Source of the DNA: Chrysomallon squamiferum
Lineage: Eukaryota; Animalia; Mollusca
Direction of reading: 5' to 3'
Length of the DNA stretch: 64,000 bases
NCBI GenBank assembly: GCA_012295275.1
Contig: CM022667.1
Coordinates: 14,322,001-14,386,000 of the forward strand
A model generated the notes under the pieces. It was not told the DNA's origin, searched no databases, and saw nothing but the letters and a program-made list of their open reading frames with translations. Below, piece by piece: positions 1 through 27,804 of the stretch (position 1 is its first letter; each line of letters starts with the position of its first letter). The position numbers and the translations under genes were made by a program.

Positions 1-251
1 TGATAATAATACCAAATCACGATCTGCTGTTCGATGTATTAATTTATATTGCAAATTCCTGAAGAAAAAGTGTTAATGATGATGATGATGATAATGTGTG
101 TGACAGAAACGCTTGTTCCTGTTAACAGGTCATTTAATTTGTCACCAGGGTTTAAATAAATAAATAAATAAAAGAAACATTGTACAGGTTAATTTAGAAA
201 TCTGATTCAAACAAGATATAAATTGCTAATACAATTTTTTTTTATGTTGTT

Positions 252-288
<37 letters not shown>

Positions 289-551
289 CTATAATGACAA
301 AACAACAAACGATAAGATAATATAGTTTGGTAATGCTATAGTGAAACTGTGATAATATTATTAATTTTAAAAAACAACAGTTTATGTCGTATTAAACTTG
401 TGTCAATTTTCATTTATCTTTCCGGTGGTATAAAGGTTAAAGTCATTCTGAGTTCGGTGAATTGTATAAGCTGTCGTGGTATTATTTTTAATATTTCAGA
501 GCAGGATAGTAAAGTGATATTATTCCTTTGGGGCAATAGCCTACCAAAAAC

Positions 552-584
<33 letters not shown>

Positions 585-1764
585 TTCCTTCCATATTTTA
601 TTCATAGTCATGTATCTATCTATCCCAACATCCAGTTGAAAAAATCACTAATTAATGGTCGCTTTATTCATTATTCTGTTATTTTCTGCAAGCGATTAGT
701 TTATTAAAATAAAAGGTACAGGCCTGTGTAGAGAGACAGTCCCACTACTGAGAAAACGAACATGGATCTAGCAGACCTGTTGTAGCCTTGGAAATGCATC
801 AAAATAAAAATAAGAAAATAAATAAACCAGTCTTATTGTAAATATTCAAAATATATAAAAGATATTTTAAACTTAATTACCTATCTATCTATCTAATCAT
901 CGATATAGATACTTCAGTATTTTATTACTCTTGGAATAATCATTACCGTTCCAGTAGAAAAACAGAATGAATAAGAGTAGAATAAATTAATTTTCTGTTC
1001 AGAAGCTACGTTTAAGTAGTAGAGAATTGTATCTTTTGTTACTGATGAATTCATAGTTTCACTAAACCATTGTTATTGTAAACTCATCCGAGCTAATTGT
1101 CCAGAACCGGCTCTTGGAACAGGAGTCTACACTGTTTATTTGTAGCCAACACAGCGCATTTAGCAACACTTAAAAACTCATTATCGGTTATATAAATGTG
1201 TTAATTGTAATCAGATAGTATAACTGCAGCTATAGCTAGGAGAAAATGATGATGAGGCAACTAGTTTTATTTAAACTGTTTAATTTGTATGAACACAAGT
1301 ACTTGGTTACTGAAAATAATTAACTGTTTTAGATCAAAAAGAAATTATCTTTCATTTAAAAAAAATGGTTTGTGTTTGTGTGTGATTTACTGTTTCTTTC
1401 TTTCTTTCATATTTTATTACAATTAATTTATTTTAAGTTTTCTATCCTATATAGCTTTCCATATTTTTGTTTCGTTTTCATTTTTCTTCTTAAAACATTT
1501 TTTTATTATTAATATTTTAGAATTAATTTTAATTTATATAAAAGGCCAATAATTGTTTGTTTTGTTTGGGTTTTTATTTTTTTTGTTAGGATTATTTTAT
1601 GTTTTAATTTTTTATTTTATTATTAAATTTTTTTTTTTTAATTTTTGCTGACACGTTTAAACAACGACCGAGTCGCATTTTGACGATCCATGCTGCTAAA
1701 AATAGTGAATATTAAATTGTTTTTTTCACAAAAGATTAATAAAGACAATTAATATGTTACATAC

Positions 1765-2309
1765 CTGTACAATATTGCTTTTGTCAAATTTTTAGTTTCT
1801 TGAAAACCTTTCTCTTGCAGATAGTTTCGAACGTCGTCTTCAGAAAGCATTTCAGAGAAATTTAATTTACTGTTAGGATTATAACCCTCCCACCAGTTGG
1901 CCGTTTTGTTGTAAATCTGGTAATGAAAGTAAATAATCGAGTTGTTTTACGGACAGTTACGATCGTGTGCTTTCTGGAAAACCTTCAACGCTGAAAGAAG
2001 TTGTTTTGAAGTTACGTATTGTACCCCGCTGTACATAGACGCTTCAAGAAGAGTCACGACTGTCCAGAACGTAGCAAACACTTCATTATCGTCATAATGT
2101 CCTCTCGATCCTTTGGGAAGCACCATTGAAGGCGGTACGTGAACGGAAACCGTATTTTTATAGATACCTGCATCCTCACCAGAGTTTATCTGACTTCCTG
2201 AGACCTTTTCTGCGATCTGAGTTAGAAGTGAGTGTATGGAGGATTTGTGTGTACCGAAACAGCAAACTGTACAAGATGAAATCAAAACATAAGTAAATGG
2301 TTTGAACAT
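1765..2309 (-). pseudogene. Family copy A, exon 1 with premature stop; the rest of the gene lies left of the window
   Basis: 545-nt exon 1 (ATG 2309, donor AG|GTATGT at 1765) homologous to copies B/E/F/H. The Tyr codon TAT after NCP is TAA at 1947-1949. Bases 1-1764 match intron 1 of copy E (about 24355-26154), so exon 2 should start a few tens of bp before position 1. Confidence 0.85.
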
Positions 2310-3009
2310 GTTTGTCAGAGGCGCAGAGGATAGACACTGAAATGTTTTAACATTTCTTATAAAACGTACATATAAATATACATACAGAAAAAATAACAAT
2401 ATTTAGACAATACATCTATGACAATACAGTGACAGCTCCAAGGATTCACATTTATTATATGTATGTACGTACGTGTTTTAGGATTTCAAGCTTATGACAG
2501 AATTTAATCAGGCATAATAATAAGACAGAGAATATCCCAATCTTAAAACAGACAGATACAGAAATGCACAAAAATACATACGTATACATGCACATATACA
2601 TACACATATACACATATCATAAATACATGATTATACATATACACAGATGCTTTTAACGGGGTTTGTGAGGTAGCGATTGGAACTTGTCCTACAGTACCAG
2701 TTCGTTCACGACTGTGAGCAGCGTCTAATGAAACGTACATAAGACAGAACATACTGGATCCTAAATACATACGTCGATACACGCATATGCACATACAGAC
2801 GTACATTAAACATATATACTTACATACATACATACACGTACAGGAATACACATACACATATATACGTACATACATAAACAAATGTACACGAACACACGTA
2901 CACAGATTCCTGCATAAACATACTCAGACGTACGCAAATACAGACATACACACGCATTGCTACGTATATATGCAATTACATCACACAAAACATATGATGT
3001 CAGAGTATG

Positions 3010-3723
3010 CCCCCCCCCCGGATATTTTCCCCAGTCAGTTCTCCTTGGTGATTCCCTCCTGGTGATTTCCCGCTAGGTTATTTCCCCGGGACAATTCCCT
3101 TTCCTGCCCTCCTCTTCTAACTGTAAAATATCCTAGCTTGTACTCTGACCATCGTTCTTTTTAATCTCTAATTAACTGCAATTTTATATATAATATCTTT
3201 AATCTCTAGTTAACTTAATAAAAACACCAACACCAGCACTATTAACTGTTTAGCTTCAGTAAGTGCTATCTACTGTAAGAAAGTGTTGGGCGACGGGTAT
3301 CATCATCTAAATACCTGCCTGTTCTGAAAAAACAACAACAAACAAACAATTCCTCAATACTGTAACACTGCACCAGATACTGGTCGAAGAAGCCCCACCA
3401 CCACAGCGTCACGTCTACAGAGACATCACCCAGCGGCTTCAGATTCTGGTCACAGACTACGGCAAAAGAGATCGCCTGTCCTTCCTGCGTGGTGTTGCTC
3501 ACAGTATCCAGATGTAAAATGTGCCCCACAGTTTATGTAACTCCATGCAATATGAAATGTTTCAAACAAACAATTTATATTACATAGAATTGTCTTTTTA
3601 TGTCCAATTATCTTTGGCATGTGAGCCATGGTGAAATGACCTAGGGAAAAATCACCAGGGGGGGAATGACTTGGGGAAATTGACTGGCGGGAAATATTCA
3701 GGGGGAAAAATGCCCTAGAATCC
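3010..3723 (+). mobile_element. Non-autonomous Mutator-like (MULE) DNA transposon remnant with imperfect TIRs built from sub-repeats
   Basis: 3010-3085 (cccggatattttccccagtcag...ctggtgatttcccgctaggttat) is the imperfect reverse complement of about 3635-3723. The internal frame at about 3371-3517 reads HQILVEEAPPPQRHVYRDITQRLQILVTDYGKRDRLSFLRGVAHSIQM*, resembling the C-terminus of MULE transposase-like proteins (..LRGIAH). Confidence 0.6.
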
Positions 3724-3829
3724 ACACATATTTAAATACATACAAATAGATATATACATATATACATATATTCATGCACATGCATACGTACACAAATGAC
3801 ACATGAGATACCTACGTATATACAAACAT

Positions 3830-3968
3830 ACTTACATACACATACATGCATACATACATACATACATACATACATACATACATACATACATACATACACA
3901 CACACACATATACATACATACATACATACATACATACATACATACATACATACATACATACATACATA
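3830..3968. repeat. (TACA)n microsatellite
   Basis: Near-perfect tetranucleotide run. A degenerate TACA/CA-rich tract also lies at about 2550-2990. Confidence 0.95.
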
Positions 3969-3979
3969 AACACACCAGT

Positions 3980-4400
3980 GCGCCAGTGCGTTCCCGAATA
4001 TTGTCTATGTGCATAGTCTATTCAGACGTACATAAGTCAGAGAATATTCAAAATCCTAAAACTACATACTTGACAGTGATATTTTTCCCACAAAAAATAG
4101 ATGCACGCAAGAATGACGAAAGGCAAAGAACGGCGTGCTTCGTGGGAAGCGATGATTCCCTTCGGTTATAGAGCTAATTTTTTTAAGGTTGTCTCATGGC
4201 CGAACTGTAACATCGTCCGTCTTCGGAGTGCGGGCGAAAGAGGTACATACGTTCGAGTCTCGTCAGCGGCACCTGACGGGTTTGTCAGGTTGTGATTGGA
4301 CTTTGTCCTCCTGCGCCAGTGCGTTCCCAAATATTGTCTATGTGCAGAGTCTATTCAGATGTAAGTAAGTCAGAGAATATTCAATATCATAAAACTACAT
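3980..4400 (+). repeat. About 90-bp direct repeat upstream of copy B (about 3980-4068 and 4313-4400)
   Basis: gcgccagtgcgttcc(c/a)..atattgtctatgtgca.agtctattcaga...aagtcagagaatattcaa.atc.taaaactacata occurs twice. Confidence 0.85.
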
Positions 4401-4694
4401 AAGTACGTACGTACATACAAATATGGATGCGTACATGGATATCTAGATACATGGATATCTACATACCTATGTATAATATATATGTTGTTTTGGTATTAAC
4501 TGCAGCTGAGACCGTATCGAAACAGATGTTTTATTTAGTCATTATTTTTTATGTAAATATATATATAAATATATATATTTACATAAAAAATAATGACTAT
4601 ATATATATATAATGACTAATAATATATATATGTGTGTGTTTTGTGAGAACTGTTGAAGCATTTTAGTGGTCTCTACTCAGGACCTTTGACAAAC

Positions 4695-10570
<5,876 letters not shown>

Positions 10571-11229
10571 TCGTTAAAGTAGAACCCATCAGGTTCACAG
10601 ATATAGTCAGACAGACAGATGATGTTTATAGTTTCTGCGCGAATTTTTATTTATTCATTTATTTATTTATCAACAATTTTTTTCTTTCTATTACTCTGTG
10701 TTTTTCTTGCAATTTATTAAAAGCATTCAGCAAATTTTTAAAATATTTTTGATTTGTTCTACTCAAACTGGCAGGAATCGTTAGTCTTTCTTTCCTCTGC
10801 CTGTGTGAATCTAAAAAGTGTTTGTGATGACTTGACTCCTGCCTTTGTTATTATTATTACGTTTATCATCATCATCATTATTATCATTATGATTATTATG
10901 ATTGTTGTTGTTGTTGTTGTTGTTATTATTATTATTATTTTACATTCACTGGGTAAAATTAAACAACTTTTATTCACACTGAGTGGAGGATGGAAGAAAT
11001 TGCAAATTGTTTTCCTTTTTTTCTTCATTTCTATATTTCTTTCGTTTTCCTATATATTTTTTTTCCTTTGTGTTAATTTATTGTAAGTAGTACAAGGTTG
11101 CAATAAATTTATAGAAATTAGTGAAGAATATCGCTTCATGAACCATAAAGTCGTTTTGTCAGTTCTTTTTAACAGTTTGATCCCATCACAGGAGGAATTA
11201 ATAATCAGATTCTCGACAGTTTGACTCCA

Positions 11230-13836
<2,607 letters not shown>

Positions 13837-13860
<24 letters not shown>

Positions 13861-14707
13861 AGTCAAGGCTAGTAATGCAGTGGCGTACGTGTACGCCTCA
13901 GATGACCAATAAACGAAAAACGATTCTTCCATTCCACGGAACTTGCGTGGCGTCTTCACACCAAAGTGTTTCTCGTTCAACATGGCTTCGTATTCGTTTT
14001 CTGGAATGACGCCTTCGACAGCTCCTACGATGATTTCATTTGGAAAGTCTCCTTTATATGATAGTTTTGTTCCATTCATGTACTGCAGTCGACTGGAAGG
14101 ATACCAGCATCGTGAATCCTGAAAGCATTTTCGAATTAAATAAATAAATAAATAAATAAATCCAAATTTTAAAACATCGATCCCTGCTGTCTTTCGTAGC
14201 CTGCATTTCAAAACTGTAACTTTATCAACTGATTTCAGACGTTGTCTGAACCAATTTCAATTATAACGAGTAACTATATAGTTAATAATTGCTAGAGCTG
14301 ATTAATTACATATCTGACATATGTAATAGTGAAATTATACAAATTGTAAACTTACTTTTCAACCACGACAACGTCTTATGCTCTGTGTCGTAGACAGTCC
14401 AAATGTTCATCAACGCAGTCAAAGTAATTGACGTCATCGATAGTCGAAATAATCGTATCAAAAAGAATCTTTCCATGATCCTTTATTTATTTATTTAATG
14501 CTTATTTAACTTTGTTTCGCTTACGAGTAATTAATTACATAGTTAATAATTGTCGTATGTAAAAGGGAATAAAGAAATTGTTTAAATTGTAAACTTACTT
14601 TTGAACCACGATAATGTCTTATGTTCCGAGTCGTAGACAGTCCAAATGTTCATCAACGCAGTCAAAGTAATTGACGTCATCGATAGTCGGTCGTCTACGT
14701 CAGTATT
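13837..14707 (-). pseudogene. Family fragment C: exon 6, partial duplicate of exon 6 and exon 8; exon 7 and exons 1-5 absent
   Basis: Exon 6 at 14599-14707, 5'-truncated exon-6 copy at 14356-14446, intact exon 8 at 13837-14118. Relative to copy E, the segment about 20798-21580 (containing exon 7) is missing. Confidence 0.85.
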
Positions 14708-15376
14708 CTGAAGTACATTGAAAATTAAATACAGTCAAAACATCTTATTCGTTGGTTTTGGCATCCGAAACGTATCCAAAAAGCAGTCCGAAACAAACCA
14801 AATAATAATAATAATCAAAAATATTTTCGAAAAATATTCTTATGCTGGCACTCATTATATTAGTATACTTTAATCAGTGTTATCTGCGTAGATGTTAACA
14901 ATCGTCAATATTATATACAGCGTTCAGGTTTTGAAAACGTATGTGTCTACGGTGAGTCAAGTTTTTATCGAGGCACCTCCCTTTCCGAATAGGGTTATGT
15001 CTCCTGGTACTGTATTGAAAGGGAAAAAACTTCTCTTTCTTTTCTTTTAAATAAATAAATAAATAAATGAATATATAATTTCTGCACGTTCCTGAGCTGC
15101 AGTTTCTAAAATCCTTTTCTTAATGCGCCACTGTGAGTAGAATAAAATTACATGCACGTGTTTTGATCATCCGCGGGAAGCGGCTGGGATAAGATATCTG
15201 CAGCTACGGCAGCTACGGTGTGTAACTCAGTGTTAACTGTTATTAATTCTGTATAATTTCCAGCGGATCTGGAGTTTTAAGTTGTTATGTAGAGAGGAAC
15301 TGGTTAATGTTTTAACATATCTGCTTTAAACTGCGAAGGTCAGAAGGCCGAACTGCTTCGAAATATTTTTCATCGA

Positions 15377-15436
<60 letters not shown>

Positions 15437-16084
15437 ACCTAATTCCGTTCCTAAACCCTATATTTTGGTCAATTTGTGAAATTACATAAATATAACTCAA
15501 TGTTTATAAATCAAACAGTTTATAAATCAAACACCTAAGACGCAGATATACGTCAATCTGTTTCTGCTCAGTTATGTAATTCAAGTCGACAACAGCCGAT
15601 GTTGTAATTACGCCTTCTGTAGAGAATTCCCGTTGCTTCGTTTTGTAACATCCTTTGTTTTGTTGAAAACGATTGCCAGCACATGTCCGATGTCTGATCT
15701 GTGGATATGTTGTATATATGTATATATTGTTATTATTGTAAATCCACTGTCTTGTTATGATCATATTAAATTTTGTGTGTATGTTTCCTCACATGCGGAA
15801 AATAATTTTAAAAATTATTACTGGAAATAGTTTAAACATCACCATTAAACAATACCAGGTTATGATGCAAGATTTTATTTTCAAGTCAAGTTACAATTTT
15901 AAGTTCTAATCGGAATAAATTTTTGTTAAATATGTATGTTGCAGTTACACCTTTTTTCTTTTCTAATTGCAATCAGCTCTTAAAGATAAAGATGCAGGAC
16001 AGCTGAATACAAGTAGAGTGATATCACAATGAGCATTTTTGAGAAAATCAGTTTACAGTTTCTCCCATCCTTCACTGAATTTAA

Positions 16085-16158
<74 letters not shown>

Positions 16159-16447
16159 AGTAATATCTGACATGAATTGTAAATTAAATATCTGTATGCT
16201 AGTATGATAATGGGCTCTGTCAGAAAATGTAAGTATAATTGTGTAAATATATATATAGCAAACGAATGATTTTACTTCAGCATTCAGAATTATTCAAGCA
16301 CAAATGAACACATACGAATGTACACAGATATACAGACATACATAATTAAACAAAAATACTTAAGATATATCGGACAGTTTTTTTTTTTAAATTTCATAAC
16401 ACAGTTCACTGGATGAAATCTGAACTGTACTGAAGACGTATAATTAA

Positions 16448-17339
16448 TTATTCCTGAATAACACTGCACTGTGACAAAGTTAGTAGCGCTGTAGCGTACG
16501 TGAACGCTTCTGTTGACCAATACAGGTATATCGAATCTTCCATTCCAAGAAACTTCTGTGGCGTCGTCACACCAAAGTGTTTCTCGTTCAACATGGCTTC
16601 GTATTCTTCTTCTGGAATGACGCCTTCGACAAATCCCATGTAACTTTCTTGTGGAAATCCCATGTCCTCGTTTACACTTGTTCCGTTGGGATATTCCAGC
16701 CGATTTGTAGGATACCAGAAATTGTAACCCTAAGAATATAATACTAAAACATAAAGCCGTGGTGTATGTAGGTATATAGGTGTGTGTGTATATATATACG
16801 CGTGTGTGTATCCTTACAAATAATTGTTTATCAGTTTATTTTTCTCTACAAATTTTCCTTATAATCAGTCAATCAAAATAGCGAGTTTGTCAAGATTTTG
16901 TTTCCATTATTTTCCTTTTTGTTTCTTTATTTAATTGTTTGCTTGTTTATTTATTTACTTACATTTTAATTGTTTGTTTTGTATTGTTTCATTTCATTTT
17001 ATTTAATTTTAATTTATTTTTATTTTTAAAGGAAAATGTTATTAACAGATGTTTGTTGTTATGTCTGGTTTATTTCTCAGGTTAATTTAAACTTAATTTT
17101 TTTATAGATTAATCACTAAGACATTTTGTTTGAATACGTAAAATTAACACAAACAAAACACACACACACACACACACAACACACAAGTACACGCAGACAC
17201 ACATACACAATACGTACATCCGGACCTACAAACCCTCCCGTGAAAAACGCGTCTTTATGTTTGTATCGACTTCCTAAGATATTTTTCTCCAGCCACCTGC
17301 AACCTGCCGTCACGGTCTGATGAACATATGTCGACGTGT
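16448..17339 (-). pseudogene. Family fragment D: exons 7-8 of a clearly more divergent paralogue
   Basis: Exon 7 at 17218-17339 (TSTYVHQTVTAGCRWLEKNILGSRYKHKDAFFTGGFVGPD) and exon 8 at 16448-16729 (GYNFWYPTNRLEYPNGTSVNEDMGFPQESYMGFVEG...SVIQE*). Both have family-standard lengths (122/282 nt), open frames and intact splice sites. No exons 1-6 upstream. Confidence 0.8.
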
Positions 17340-17667
17340 CTGCAGGTAAACATGCAAAACAACACCAAGATACAATACACTGAACAATTCTGAATAAGAA
17401 ACGTACGTATGCGATACTGATCTATATGAAGTTTATTCTGCGCTTCGAAAGGAAGTGGATTTAGAAACGGGTGTAGAACCGGTACAGAAGCAAGTTTGTA
17501 AAGCATTAATTGAGTATTTGGCGCTTCCTTATTGACTTCTAAAAATATAAATATTTATTTATTACTTACCACTTCCATATCGAAAAAGTAACTCTATTAC
17601 CCTTCTCGTATTTATACCAAACGTATACTACCATTTAAGTCCAACATATTTAGCAACAACAATAGCA

Positions 17668-17712
<45 letters not shown>

Positions 17713-18050
17713 TACGGCTTAAATGCAAGTTTCACAAATCTGTTAATAAAATCTTTTAAAGTTGATTTTATTTCATTTTGTGGTCGGCCTAATTTAAACA
17801 TTTTGATATTAATTATTACTTAATACTTTTCCCTTTATATTTTGAAGATCTCAAATAAATGAGATGGCGATTGCCCGATCTGCCTGTACCTTGAGCCGGC
17901 CCTTTCAGTAAACATTAAAATAACAAATATTCGTGTCCGGATGAGAAGAAAACGATCTTAAGGAATTTTAACTCTGGCTTCCTGAAAGCAATAGCGTTAA
18001 TAATATTCAAAATGAAAATTACAATATTTGCTGTTGCTGTTATGTTGCAG

Positions 18051-18091
<41 letters not shown>

Positions 18092-18464
18092 CACACACAC
18101 ACACAGACACACACACACATATGTATTTCACAAAATCCGCCGTATGTGCAAAACATATATAAATTCTCCTGACTTAGCTAGGTGCATCGTGTTCTGAAAC
18201 TCTACGTAAGTGGAAACGTATGCTTTAACATTCTCTATACTGTGCTAGTGAGTCACGAAGACAATGTTAGTTAATTTACAAGATGCAGCCAGGGCGGAGA
18301 ATCTACGAAAATCGGGAACTAACAAGTCTGCAAGTGTCCTTAGAAATAAAATAATAAATAAATAAATAAATAAAATAAAAAAAAGTATTACATATACATT
18401 AATGGTTCTTATTGTTTGTTTTTCTTGTTCATTTTGCTGATTTTGTCCGTATAAGTTTTTTCGT

Positions 18465-18501
<37 letters not shown>

Positions 18502-18708
18502 AGGTTCCATGCAGTTATAATCTTATAATATTAGGACTGTCTTTTCATAGACCTACACAAACTTTATTATATGCACAAAGCTATTAATAATATTATATAA
18601 AAAAATACAATTTAGACTTCAATGCAAATTGTTCGCTAACTCCTTGTATTCATTCCGAAATCAGAAACACATTCGGTTCCAAGTTTTTCAGAGAAGGGAT
18701 TCTGAACC

Positions 18709-18759
<51 letters not shown>

Positions 18760-18903
18760 ACACAGATAACAGTTTTTACAATCAAATACAGTTTTAACGG
18801 TGCAGATAAACATCAAGTTCGAAATTTTATACGTATTTAGTCATGAACTGAAAATCGCTAATTTCAGAAACTCGTTACCATTTACACCGAGCGTGTTTTC
18901 AAT

Positions 18904-18971
<68 letters not shown>

Positions 18972-19255
18972 TCAGAATCGAAAATTTGGCCCATTACGAA
19001 GCAAGATTGTCTCTGACAAAGCTCACTTGATGACGTGTGTTCCAAACATTTAGCCTAATTTCTTTCATAACTTTACAAAATGTATTTGCTTTGATATGTG
19101 AAGCGAAATCTGGTAAAATTATTCATTTGCGCTAGATAAAATAAAATATTTAAAAAATAAACTAAAATACAGTCTATGAAAATTAAAAATTTCACTTGTA
19201 CTTCTACTAGAAACATAACTTTTATACCAAATTAATCAGTGAAAACATCGAGATC

Positions 19256-19291
<36 letters not shown>

Positions 19292-19626
19292 TACTGAAAC
19301 AGAAACAACAGATTCTACAGTCAAATACAGTTTTAACGTCGTTGATAAGCATCCAGCTGGAAACGTTATACACATAAAAATGATTAGCTAATTTCAGACA
19401 CAGCACTTCAAAAATGCAGCAAGTAAGAGAATGGTTCTTTCCCAGTTCATCATTTAGATTCCGAATTAATATCTAGTAACAAATTTAATATTCGTTTATT
19501 TGTTTGTTTATTTATTATTAATTTTATTTTTTATTTTATTTTATTGCTCTTTTTTAATTTTTCAGATTTTGTAAATGTTTATACTTCTCTTTATGTCTTA
19601 GTTACTAGGTACTAGAACTGATAATA

Positions 19627-19715
<89 letters not shown>

Positions 19716-20428
19716 GCTCATTTCGTTCCTGAATTATAGATAAGGAAAACAAAACAAGAACAATACCAACACCAAAATATTTAATAAACAAAAAAAATGA
19801 ATTCTTATACATGTAGAAATGGTATAAACAGTTCCTACTGGATAATCATTTTCGTTCTTTTGGTTACTTAAGAATAAATCATTTTTCTGTTAATATCATT
19901 AATTAAAATCCTTTGTTAAACCATACCAGGTGATGATGCTAGATTTTATTTTCAAGTCAAGTTACAATTTTACATTCTAATGGGAGTAAACCTTTGTTAA
20001 ATGTGTATGTTAGAATTACACATATTTTTCTTTTCTAATTCCAGTCGGCTCTTATAGGTAAAAGTATAGGAGATGAAGGCTGCAGTCAAGTAACCAGAAA
20101 AGTACTTGAGACACCGAGACATTGGCGAAAAGAAATATTTATAATTCTTGCCTACCGCTTGAGTACAGAAATATCTGCGCGTATGATATTTATCAATTTA
20201 AAATACATGGTTATATGGGATTTACTGGTCCATTATATATACACCATAATATACCATAACCATACTAACAAAGTATACCTAATAATAACAAAGCAGGGAA
20301 GACGAAAGTAAAACAAAAATAAAATTATTGACAAATAAATAAATAACAGTTAGTTTAGGAATCATAAACAGCATTTATCTATCTGTCTGCCTATGTACCT
20401 AATTGATTAACGGGTTCTACTTTAACGA

Positions 20429-26699
<6,271 letters not shown>

Positions 26700-26932
26700 G
26701 TTTGTCAGAGGCCCAGAGCAAAGATCACTGAAATGTTTGAACAATTCTCATAAACTTATATATATACATTCAGAAAGAAAAACAATATCTAGACAGAGCA
26801 TCTGTGACAATACAGTGACAGCTGCAAGGTTTCAGATTTATTATATATATGTATGTATGTATGTATGTTAAAATTTGAATACTCTCTGTTTTATTTACGT
26901 CTAATATTGAATTTTCTGTTAGGATCATAAAC

Positions 26933-27006
26933 CTGGAGGATTTGTGTGTACCGAAACAGCAAACTGTACAAGATATAAACAGAATATAAGTAAATAGTTT
27001 GAACAT
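26933..27006 (-). pseudogene. Truncated exon-1 stub (signal peptide only) directly upstream of copy E
   Basis: MFKLFTYILFISCTVCCFGTHKSS, then homology stops abruptly; preceded by a duplicate of the family upstream sequence. Confidence 0.8.
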
Positions 27007-27549
27007 GTTGATTAGATGCCTAGAGGAGAGACACTGAAATGTTTTAACAATTCTCATAAAACGTATATATAAATATACATACAGAAAAAATAACAATATT
27101 TAGACAAAACATCTGTGACAATACAGTGACAGCTGCAAGGATTCACATTTATTATATGTATGTACGTATGTGTTTTAGGATTTGAGTGTTCTCTGTCTGA
27201 TGTACGTCTAATATTCGGGAACTCAGTGGCGCAGGAAGGCAAGTTAAAATCACGATCTAACAAACCCACTCAAATGCCGCTGACGAGACTCAAGCGTATG
27301 ACACAATCTAATCAGGCGTTTATAATAAGACAGCGAATATCCAAATCTTAAAACAGACAGATACAGAAATACACACGAATACATACGTATACATGCACGT
27401 ATACATACACATATACACATATAAATACATGATTATACATATACATAGATCCTTTTAATGGGGTTTGTGGGGTTTCCTGCGTGGTGTTGCTCACAGTATC
27501 CAGATGTAAAATGTGCCCCACAGTTTATGTAACTGCATGCAATATGTGT

Positions 27550-27620
27550 GTGTGTGTGTTTTGTGAGAATTGTTGAAGCATTTCAGTGGTCTCTACTCAA
27601 GACCTCTGACAAACATGTTT
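27550..27620 (+). pseudogene. Relic 5' leader and start codon of a B-type copy, cut after ATG TTT
   Basis: gtgtgttttgtgagaattgttgaagcatttcagtggtctctactcaagacctctgacaaacATG matches 4634-4697 of copy B. ATG at 27615-27617. Confidence 0.8.
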
Positions 27621-27804
27621 AAAAATTGCCTTTAAAAGTTCGCATCGCGTATTTTCCTGTAAAAGGGTATTACGGATGGTCAAACAGAACTCTAATTATT
27701 TGCACGTATCGGCTGTTAGGAGCTAACAGATAAAACTGGGGGGAAGCAACAGCTGTGCTAGTATCCTTTCTGTGGGTATATAAACGTGTGTTTTGAGAAT
27801 AGTT
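27618..27804 (+). repeat. 187-bp direct repeat of the TATA-containing proximal upstream region of copy F (second copy 28982-29168)
   Basis: tttaaaaattgcctttaaaagttcgcatcgcg...gggtatataaacgtgtgttttgagaatagtt is nearly identical in both places. Confidence 0.9.

Noticed and set aside
2543-4014. ORFs rich in MYVC/YIHT repeats
   Set aside because: Translations of (TACA)n/(CA)n microsatellites with no coding signature.
4653-4694. Longer N-termini given by the ORF track (also 26744, 29157, 48267, 2399)
   Set aside because: They rely on non-ATG starts or non-conserved upstream sequence. The conserved ATG in aa(c/t)ATG context directly precedes the signal peptide and gives a 545-nt exon 1 in all five copies.
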